Part shown: piece after piece, positions 1 to 5,499 of the stretch
How positions within the stretch are numbered: position 1 is the stretch's first letter
How the letters are laid out: every line of letters begins with the position of its first letter
Virus record (IMG/VR): IMGVR_UViG_3300029847_000110
Span: 1 to 5,499 of that record
Length of the DNA stretch: 5,499 bases
Strand: one strand, 5' to 3'
DNA from: a virus
Taxonomy: Duplodnaviria; Heunggongvirae; Uroviricota; Caudoviricetes
Program-made: the position numbers and the translations under genes
Notes under the pieces: generated by a model
Databases searched by the model: none
What the model saw: only the letters and a program-made list of their open reading frames with translations
What the model was told of the DNA's origin: nothing

Positions 1-1
1 T

Positions 2-23
2 AAAGCCGCGCTCAGGCGGCTTT
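2..23. terminator. Stem-loop at the distal end of the leftward operon, overlapping the stop codon of the 12..380 gene; possible terminator truncated by the window edge
   Basis: Perfect 8-bp inverted repeat aaagccgc (2-9) / gcggcttt (16-23) with a 6-nt loop, seen directly. No complete U-tract is visible inside the window, so strand and function are uncertain. Confidence 0.3.
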
Positions 24-380
24 GATAGTCATATCATCTGAATCAAATATTCCTGATGTATCGATATCGGTAATTCTTATTCCTTCACTACCATCCATTG
101 GAGGCCATCCTTCCTGACCATTTCCATCATCCCAGTCGAACTCACAAACAACACCATATGCATTTAAGTCTTTCGAAATTGCTATAAGCAGAGCATGTTG
201 CGCCAGCATGATTAATACAGCATTTAATACAGCGCCGTGTTTATTGAGTCGGTATTCAGAGTCTGACCAGAAATTATTAATCTGGTGAAGTTTTTCCTCT
301 GTCATTACGTCATGGTCGATTTCAATTTCTATTGATGCTTTCCAGTCGTAATCAATGATGTATTTTTTGATGTTTGACAT
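12..380 (-). CDS. Hypothetical very acidic small protein (122 aa), distal gene of the leftward pL-type operon
   Basis: Intact ORF with ATG at 380 and GAGGA Shine-Dalgarno about 9 nt upstream. About 23 Asp/Glu versus about 9 Lys/Arg, with an acidic C-terminal third (EFDWDDGNGQEGWPPMDGSEGIRITDIDTSGIFDSDDM). No family recognised from memory; length and position resemble lambda ea10 but I cannot verify that sequence. Confidence 0.7.
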   Translation of the reverse strand: MSNIKKYIIDYDWKASIEIEIDHDVMTEEKLHQINNFWSDSEYRLNKHGAVLNAVLIMLAQHALLIAISKDLNAYGVVCEFDWDDGNGQEGWPPMDGSEGIRITDIDTSGIFDSDDMTIKAA

Positions 381-398
381 CTATTCATATCCTCATAG

Positions 399-426
399 AT
401 AAAAAATCGCCCTCACATTGGAGGGC
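399..426 (-). terminator. Rho-independent terminator (minus strand) immediately upstream of the 122-aa gene
   Basis: Stem gccctc (409-414) / gagggc (421-426) with a 6-nt loop; on the minus strand it is followed by GATTTTTTATC (plus-strand A-run 401-406). It sits about 20 nt upstream of the RBS of the 12..380 gene. Confidence 0.6.
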
Positions 427-488
427 AAAGAAGATTTCCAATAATCAGAACAAGTCGGCTCCTGTTTAGTTACGAGCGACATTGCTCC

Positions 489-516
489 GTGTATTCACTC
501 GTTGGAATGAATACAC
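489..516. repeat. Perfect 9-bp inverted repeat (gtgtattca / tgaatacac, 10-nt loop) in the intergenic gap between two terminators
   Basis: Seen directly. It lies in a ~115-bp non-coding stretch (429..544) with no convincing ORF; could be an RNA structure or a protein-binding palindrome. Confidence 0.5.
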
Positions 517-544
517 AGTGCAGTGTTTATTCTCTTGTTTATGC

Positions 545-570
545 CAAAAATAAAGGCCGAATATTCGGCT
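545..570 (-). terminator. Candidate rho-independent terminator (minus strand) directly after the 62-aa ORF stop
   Basis: Palindrome GCCGAATATTCGGC (556-569) followed on the minus strand by CTTTATTTTTGG. The stem is short with a tight loop, so confidence is moderate. Confidence 0.45.
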
Positions 571-759
571 TCATTCCTCAAACTTAATCTCTGCTATTTC
601 CCGGTCACCATCGCAAAACAGGTAAGATTCAGGGAACTGGTTTATAAATGAAATTATTCTTTCAATTTTAATTAGCGAATATTTCTGCTCTAATGGGTTA
701 TGCGGCTTAAACGAAGCACAGTCCAGAATCGCAGAATTGTATAAGATCCATTTGTGCAT
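571..759 (-). CDS. Hypothetical small protein (62 aa from ATG at 759; the track ORF uses a GTG at 771)
   Basis: ORF with a GGTGG Shine-Dalgarno-like motif 5 nt upstream of the ATG. It overlaps the 3' end of the upstream 285-aa gene by 53 nt in another frame, so it may be a genuine overlapping gene or spurious. Its stop abuts the terminator hairpin. Confidence 0.35.
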   Translation of the reverse strand: MHKWILYNSAILDCASFKPHNPLEQKYSLIKIERIISFINQFPESYLFCDGDREIAEIKFEE

Positions 760-1564
760 TTTTACCACCACTAGGTGTTAGTGGTGCCTCAGATAGTGGA
801 ACACCATATTTAGTAAGCCACAAATGAGGCCACTTCATTTGTATCTCTTTTTCATGCTGACATGCTCTTTCAAAATCAGATGGGACGTTATTTTTCATAT
901 AAAGCCACAGATCATCATCTCTGTTAGGGCACATCCAGCAAAGCGAGGCAGGTGGTGTAGGAAGACCATAATCCTCGACACATTGAATTGCCATCTGTTT
1001 AGTCATTAGCATTTCAATAAGTGGATAGCGCCTCTGCCACTTGCCAGTTGGGTATTTCGCTCTTCGTTTAGCCTCTTCAATGCTTATCCCCATCCAACTA
1101 TCCACTCCTCTTGCTGTAAGATACTTCTCTCCATATCTTTCATTTAAAAATCTCTGAATAACTTCAGTTTTCCACTTTATAGAACAAAATGCTGGTTGCT
1201 TTCCAGCGCACATTCCTTTTGAATCCCTTCCCTCGTATTCTGTGAAATATCCAGGTAGAGGAACGTCTGGATCAGGCCCATCAATGTCGTAGGTAGCAAA
1301 TCTACTTTTAGGAACAATCAGGTAATCAACACCCATATCTTCACAAATAGGAGCTATATATTTTTTCTGATATTCAAATACATTACTTGCCTCACGTTCT
1401 GTATCTGACATAACGATAATGTCAGGCTTTGGAAGAACGCCAGCATGTACTAAGCAGATTATTGCGTTACTTTGAGTACCACCACCGGAAGAAATAACAT
1501 TTAGTCTTTCTGGATTATGCTTGAATTCTCTTCTTGGTATGAATTTACTTGTAAATCCTGGCAT
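707..1564 (-). CDS. PAPS-reductase-like / PP-loop ATP pyrophosphatase superfamily protein (285 aa), likely with a C-terminal cysteine cluster
   Basis: Strong AAGGAG Shine-Dalgarno 6 nt upstream of ATG at 1564. N-terminal hydrophobic strand plus glycine-rich loop (LNVISSGGGTQS) resembles the SGGxDS PP-loop, followed by a strand and DTE...F motif (IIVMSDTEREASNVFEY) resembling the DTG..FPET motif of the PAPS reductase / DndC / SspD fold. Cysteines at CAGKQPAFC and CWMCPNRDD fit the Fe-S ligands of some family members. Assignment is by motif recall only. Confidence 0.75.
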   Translation of the reverse strand: MPGFTSKFIPRREFKHNPERLNVISSGGGTQSNAIICLVHAGVLPKPDIIVMSDTEREASNVFEYQKKYIAPICEDMGVDYLIVPKSRFATYDIDGPDPDVPLPGYFTEYEGRDSKGMCAGKQPAFCSIKWKTEVIQRFLNERYGEKYLTARGVDSWMGISIEEAKRRAKYPTGKWQRRYPLIEMLMTKQMAIQCVEDYGLPTPPASLCWMCPNRDDDLWLYMKNNVPSDFERACQHEKEIQMKWPHLWLTKYGVPLSEAPLTPSGGKNAQMDLIQFCDSGLCFV

Positions 1565-1565
1565 G

Positions 1566-1697
1566 TTATCTCCTTGTCTTTACAATTTGATAATCCTGAC
1601 CTGTTTGTTTAGCGTATTGCTCAGCCTGTTCTTTTGTTTTGAAAGAGTTTCCGCAAACCCATCTACCGCAACTTCTGTATTGAATTTGGTAGCTCAT
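1566..1697 (-). CDS. Small hypothetical protein (43 aa, MSYQIQYRSCGRWVCGNSFKTKEQAEQYAKQTGQDYQIVKTRR), translationally coupled to the downstream PAPS-reductase-like gene
   Basis: Not in the supplied ORF track (below its size cutoff). ATG at 1697 is preceded by GAGGGG inside the last codons of N. Its TAA stop (1568-1566) is 1 nt from the ATG of the next gene and its 3' end supplies that gene's AAGGAG RBS. Two cysteines in a C-x4-C arrangement. Confidence 0.45.
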   Translation of the reverse strand: MSYQIQYRSCGRWVCGNSFKTKEQAEQYAKQTGQDYQIVKTRR

Positions 1698-1700
1698 ATC

Positions 1701-2034
1701 TCACCCCTCATACAGTGGTTTGCTGCCTAATTTCATTTTCTGGCGACCAACACAAGTCACACCCATTTCACTGCGTGGCTTGCTGTACCATGTGCGCTGA
1801 TTCTTGCGCTCAATACGTTGCAGGTTGCTTTCAATCTGTTCGTGGTATTCAGCCAGCACCGTAAGGTCTATCGGATTCAGTGCGCTTTCTACTCGTGATT
1901 TCGGTTTGCGATTCAGCGAGAGAATAGGGCGGTTAACTGGTTTTGCGCTTACCCCAACCAACAGGGGATTTGCTGNNNNNNNNNNNNNNNNNNNNCTCTG
2001 CGCGACGTTCGCGGCGGCGTGTTTGTGCATCCAT
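1701..2034 (-). CDS. N: Lambda-type antitermination protein N (about 110 aa), interrupted by a 20-nt run of N
   Basis: Minus strand from 2034 reads ATGGATGCACAAACACGCCGCCGCGAACGTCGCGCAGAG = MDAQTRRRERRAE (the arginine-rich motif). After the gap the frame gives ANPLLVGVSAKPVNRPILSLNRKPKSRVESALNPIDLTVLAEYH...QRIERKNQRTWYSKP, matching my recollection of lambda N. The extreme C-terminus differs from what I recall for lambda. The start and track frames disagree by 1 nt across the N-run, so the gap length is not exact. Confidence 0.9.
1976..1995. other. Run of 20 ambiguous bases (assembly gap or masked bases) inside the N coding sequence
   Basis: Literal n characters in the sequence. The flanking frames imply about 18-19 real nucleotides are missing. 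Confidence 0.95.
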
Positions 2035-2192
2035 CTGGATTCTCCTGTCAGTTAGCTTTGGTGGTGTGTGGGAGTCGTAGTCCTGAACGAAAACACCCCG
2101 CGATTGGCGCATTGGCAGCTAATCCGGATTCGCACTTCCGGCCAATGCTTCGTTTCGTATCACACACCCCAAAGCCTTCTGCTTTGAATGCT

Positions 2193-2223
2193 GCCCTTCT
2201 TCAGGGCTTAATTTTTAAGAGCG
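2193..2223 (-). promoter_or_regulatory. nutL: nutL N-utilisation site (boxA CGCTCTTA, boxB GCCCTGAAGAAGGGC)
   Basis: Minus strand reads GACGCTCTTAAAAATTAAGCCCTGAAGAAGGGCAGC. boxB is a 5-bp stem with a GAAGA loop (plus 2193-2207) and boxA is at plus 2216-2223. Matches the lambda nutL sequence as I recall it, in the expected place between pL and N. Confidence 0.85.
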
Positions 2224-2254
2224 TCACCTTCATGGTGGTCAGTGCGTCCTGCTG

Positions 2255-2335
2255 ATGGCTTAAAATTACAAGAAAGATTGTATGCTGTAAACAAGAAATA
2301 TTGTAAAAATGGGCGTGAAAAACAAACTCCATTGT
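2255..2335 (-). promoter_or_regulatory. oL/pL: leftward early promoter with three 434-type operator sites
   Basis: Three 14-bp sites of form ACAAnnnnnnTTGT at 2268-2281 (acaagaaagattgt), 2291-2304 (acaagaaatattgt) and 2322-2335 (acaaactccattgt), the same family as the oR sites. Downstream on the minus strand the leader ATCAGCAGGACGCACTGACCACCATGAAGG matches the lambda pL leader from memory. Exact -10/-35 not assigned. Confidence 0.75.
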
Positions 2336-2385
2336 TTTTAAACGGAAAATAGTTTGTTTTTTGGTTGTCGAAATCGAGGTGAGGA

Positions 2386-3738
<1,353 letters not shown>

Positions 3739-3746
3739 GACATTCC

Positions 3747-3778
3747 CGCTCTTACACATCCCAGCCCTGAAAAAGGGC
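3747..3778 (+). promoter_or_regulatory. nutR: nutR N-utilisation site (boxA CGCTCTTA at 3747-3754, boxB GCCCTGAAAAAGGGC at 3764-3778)
   Basis: CGCTCTTACACATCCCAGCCCTGAAAAAGGGC directly after the cro stop. boxB is a 5-bp stem with a GAAAA loop. Matches lambda nutR as I recall it. Confidence 0.85.
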
Positions 3779-3784
3779 ATCAAA

Positions 3785-3835
3785 TTAAACCACACCTATG
3801 GTGTATGCATTTATTTGCATACATTCAATCAATTG
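3785..3835 (+). terminator. tR1-like rho-dependent terminator region between nutR and cII
   Basis: CCACACCTATGGTGTATGCATTTATTTGCATACATTCAATCAATTG matches the lambda tR1 / cII-leader sequence from memory and contains the ATGCA...TGCAT dyad. No intrinsic terminator structure, consistent with Rho dependence. Assigned by homology of position and sequence only. Confidence 0.4.
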
Positions 3836-3857
3836 TTATCTAAGGAAATACTTACAT

Positions 3858-4136
3858 ATGCAACTTACAAGTACTCGCAAGAAAGCGAATGCAATTACAA
3901 GCAACATCCTGAATCGAATTGCTGTACGTGGTCAGCGAAAGGTTGCTGACGCGTTAGGAATTAATGAATCGCAAATTTCGCGATGGAAAGACAGCTTCAT
4001 CCCAAAAATGGGAATGCTTCTGGCTGTTCTTGAATGGGGTGTTGAAGACGAGGAGTTGGCGGAACTGGCTAAGAAAGTAGCCAGAATGCTGACAAAAGAA
4101 AAAGCCCCGAAGAACGGCGAATTCTTCGAGGCCTGA
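3858..4136 (+). CDS. cII: cII-type transcriptional activator (92 aa), divergent from lambda cII
   Basis: ATG at 3858 preceded by the lambda-type leader TAAGGAAATACTTACAT. The protein shares with lambda cII the HTH block ...SQISRWK... and the motif IPKxxMLLAVLEWGV. N- and C-termini diverge from lambda. The track ORF 3798..4136 is an upstream extension. Confidence 0.85.
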   Translation: MQLTSTRKKANAITSNILNRIAVRGQRKVADALGINESQISRWKDSFIPKMGMLLAVLEWGVEDEELAELAKKVARMLTKEKAPKNGEFFEA

Positions 4137-4161
4137 TGTAGAAAGACTGGATCAATCCACA
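4095..4161 (-). ncRNA. Candidate oop-like antisense RNA overlapping the 3' end of cII
   Basis: Minus-strand intrinsic terminator inside the cII 3' coding region: stem CGAAGAA (plus 4108-4114) / TTCTTCG (4122-4128) with a 7-nt loop, followed by GGGCTTTTTCTTTTG. A candidate extended -10 TGTCATAAT lies on the minus strand at about 4176-4168, placing the 5' end about 25 nt beyond the cII stop, as for lambda oop. No good -35. Boundaries are approximate. Confidence 0.35.
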
Positions 4162-4170
4162 GGAGTAATT

Positions 4171-4332
4171 ATGACAAAACGTCGTAAGAAATACCAGGAA
4201 AAAGAAGAGATTCGACACCCTGATTCACCTGAGGGATTAGTGGTAGCCGCAGCAAATAACAGGGCGTTCGCAGAGCGCCTTGTTGGTGTTTACAGACTAG
4301 CCAAAGCAGGAGTGAAACATGGGCGTCGTTAA
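4171..4332 (+). CDS. Small basic hypothetical protein (53 aa, MTKRRKKYQEKEEIRHPDSPEGLVVAAANNRAFAERLVGVYRLAKAGVKHGRR) between cII and the replication gene
   Basis: Not in the supplied track (below its size cutoff). AGGAG Shine-Dalgarno 5 nt upstream of ATG 4171. The stop overlaps the first codons of the O-like gene by 14 nt. Confidence 0.45.
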   Translation: MTKRRKKYQEKEEIRHPDSPEGLVVAAANNRAFAERLVGVYRLAKAGVKHGRR

Positions 4333-5209
4333 GTTAGCTGATTACAGGCATAACCCTGTACAACATCAGGAGGCATCCAGTATGGGGTATGTCTCTATAC
4401 ACCGCCAGTTTATGGACAGCAGGCTCTATAAGGACTCTCAGGCAGTACATCTTTGGCTTCACTTAATCCTCAAGGCTAATCACGAATCTACTGTCGTCAA
4501 TACGGATATCGGTCCGATAACTGTTGATCGCGGTCAGATGATAACTGGACGCCCGTCGCTGGTCAGAGAAACATTCATCCCCGACAACAAAGTTCGGAGC
4601 TTATTACGGACTTTTGAGTCGAAAGGGATGCTTAATATTTGCTCGATGGGGAAGAAATTTAGCCTGTTTACAATCGTTAAATATGATGATTTTCAGGCAA
4701 AAAATTGTCCAACGGTTGTCCAACGGTTGTCCAACGCAAACACCAGTAATGGCGCGGCTCTCAGCGGAGATTGTCCAACGGTTGTCCAACGGTTGTCCAT
4801 AAACAATAATATAAATAATATCTCTAATACTGACGTATTAGAGAGTGCCACAGCAGACAAAAAGTCTGACAAGAAAAAACCTTCCGTTAGCTGTCAGGAT
4901 GTTGTCGATGCTTACCACGAAATCCTTCCTGAAGCGCCAAGAATCCGCGCACTGAATGACAAGCGTAAAAACCAGATCCGAACGTTCTGGCGCAAAGCCG
5001 GAGTGATAACCCGCCAGCTTGACGGGCATGGGTTCACGATGCAGGACTGGAGAAATTATTTGAGCTACGTAGGCGAAAATTGCCGATGGATGTTCGAAGA
5101 GCGCCCAAACCATCAACGCGGAACCGTCTGGCACAAAAAGGGATTTGATTTCCTGCTTAACGATAATACCTACCTGAAAGTTCGTGAGGGTGAACACGAT
5201 GACCGATAA
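4319..5209 (+). CDS. Replication initiator protein (lambda O functional analogue, 296 aa) with the origin embedded in its coding sequence
   Basis: Long ORF directly upstream of a DnaB-type helicase gene with overlapping stop/start. It contains two clusters of 11-bp iterons and an adjacent AT-rich palindrome mid-gene, the hallmark of lambdoid O genes. AGGAG RBS before ATG 4319; an alternative start at ATG 4382 (AGGAGG 8 nt upstream) cannot be excluded. Not lambda O by sequence. Confidence 0.85.
   Translation: MGVVKLADYRHNPVQHQEASSMGYVSIHRQFMDSRLYKDSQAVHLWLHLILKANHESTVVNTDIGPITVDRGQMITGRPSLVRETFIPDNKVRSLLRTFESKGMLNICSMGKKFSLFTIVKYDDFQAKNCPTVVQRLSNANTSNGAALSGDCPTVVQRLSINNNINNISNTDVLESATADKKSDKKKPSVSCQDVVDAYHEILPEAPRIRALNDKRKNQIRTFWRKAGVITRQLDGHGFTMQDWRNYLSYVGENCRWMFEERPNHQRGTVWHKKGFDFLLNDNTYLKVREGEHDDR
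4705..4800. repeat. Origin iterons: two clusters of tandem 11-bp direct repeats TTGTCCAACGG (4705-4737, three copies; 4771-4800, about 2.7 copies) separated by 33 bp
   Basis: Seen directly: ttgtccaacggttgtccaacggttgtccaacgc ... ttgtccaacggttgtccaacggttgtccat. The period is about one helical turn. In frame they encode the repeated peptide CPTVVQRLS. Confidence 0.9.
4801..4844. other. AT-rich stretch plus perfect 10-bp inverted repeat adjacent to the iterons (candidate DNA-unwinding element of ori)
   Basis: aaacaataatataaataata (4801-4820) is nearly pure A/T. It is followed by tctctaatac (4821-4830) / gtattagaga (4835-4844), a perfect inverted repeat with a 4-nt spacer. Confidence 0.7.
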
Positions 5210-5499
5210 TTTTTATGCGCCGCCCCATAGCATCGAGGCAGAGCAGGCGGTGATTGGTGGATTGCTTCTGGATGATGACAGCAGTGAGCGCGTCCAGAAA
5301 GTTCTGGCGATGCTGAAGCCTGATTCATTTTACAGCCGGCCACACAAAATCCTTTTCGAAGAAATAACCAGAATGCACCGGGAGCAAAAGCCAGTAGATG
5401 GCCTGACGCTTTTCGATGAACTGGAGCGTAAATCGTTAACTGTGTCTGTTGGCGGTTTTGCTTATATCGCTGAGATCGCAAAGAACACGCCAAGCGCCG
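5199..5499 (+). CDS. DnaB-family replicative DNA helicase, N-terminal part (continues beyond the window)
   Basis: ATG at 5199 overlaps the O-like stop by 11 nt, with GAGGG 8 nt upstream. Translation MTDNFYAPPHSIEAEQAVIGGLLLDDDSSERVQKV...SFYSRPHKILFEEITRMHREQKPVDGLTLFDELERKSLTVSVGGFAYIAEIAKNTPSA matches the conserved DnaB N-terminal domain (E. coli DnaB: PPHSIEAEQSVLGG...DFYTRPHRHIF...VGGFAYLAELSKNTPSA). Absent from the supplied track because the ORF is open at the window edge. Confidence 0.9.
   Translation, partial: MTDNFYAPPHSIEAEQAVIGGLLLDDDSSERVQKVLAMLKPDSFYSRPHKILFEEITRMHREQKPVDGLTLFDELERKSLTVSVGGFAYIAEIAKNTPSA

Noticed and set aside
429-500. 24-codon minus-strand ORF (MSLVTKQEPTCSDYWKSSLPSNVRAIFYL) in the inter-terminator gap
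   Set aside because: No usable Shine-Dalgarno spacing and it reads through the terminator hairpin; more likely non-coding.
824-1730. Plus-strand ORFs 824..1009 and 1521..1730
   Set aside because: Both are antisense to the well-supported minus-strand genes (PAPS-reductase-like gene and 43-aa ORF/N) and lack start context.
1804-2255. Plus-strand ORFs 1804..2055 and 2019..2255
   Set aside because: They are antisense to N and to the pL leader/nutL region, have no RBS, and one spans the N-run.
2336-2385. Possible terminator after the cI-linked gene (tcgaaatcga palindrome)
   Set aside because: Stem is only 3-4 bp and the minus strand is followed by an A-run rather than a U-tract, so it does not look like an intrinsic terminator.
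3798-4136. 112-aa extended version of cII from the ORF track
   Set aside because: The extension covers the tR1/cII leader. The ATG at 3858 follows the lambda-type leader and RBS and gives a 92-aa cII-like protein.
4604-4802. Tandem repeats that might be mistaken for a CRISPR array or for the overlapping ORFs 4604..4789 (-) and 4614..4802 (+)
   Set aside because: The repeats are 11 bp and directly adjacent without spacers, which is an iteron/origin architecture, not CRISPR. The two ORFs are frame artefacts of the repeat inside the O-like gene.
4838-5493. Minus-strand ORFs 4838..5197 and 5170..5493
   Set aside because: Antisense to the O-like and DnaB-like genes, whose identities are strongly supported.

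Overview
This window is the early-control and immunity region of a mosaic lambdoid (pro)phage. The core is an imm434-type switch: 434-type cI repressor (2787..3419, -) and Cro (3523..3738, +) flank an oR with three 14-bp ACAAGA...TTGT operators, and a matching oL/pL sits at 2268..2335. Leftward lie a lambda-type nutL and N antiterminator (1701..2034, interrupted by a 20-nt N-run), then an AT-rich accessory block: a 43-aa two-cysteine ORF coupled to a 285-aa PAPS-reductase/PP-loop-like enzyme, a 62-aa ORF, two intrinsic terminators, and a very acidic 122-aa protein. Rightward lie lambda-type nutR/tR1, a divergent cII, a small 53-aa ORF, an O-like replication initiator carrying 11-bp iterons plus an AT-rich palindrome (ori), and the start of a DnaB-family helicase. 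A signal-peptide protein (2386..2790) is translationally coupled to cI in the position lambda uses for rexAB. The accessory genes are the best candidates for uncharacterised defence, anti-defence or nucleic-acid-modification functions. All family assignments rest on recalled sequences and motifs, not database searches.
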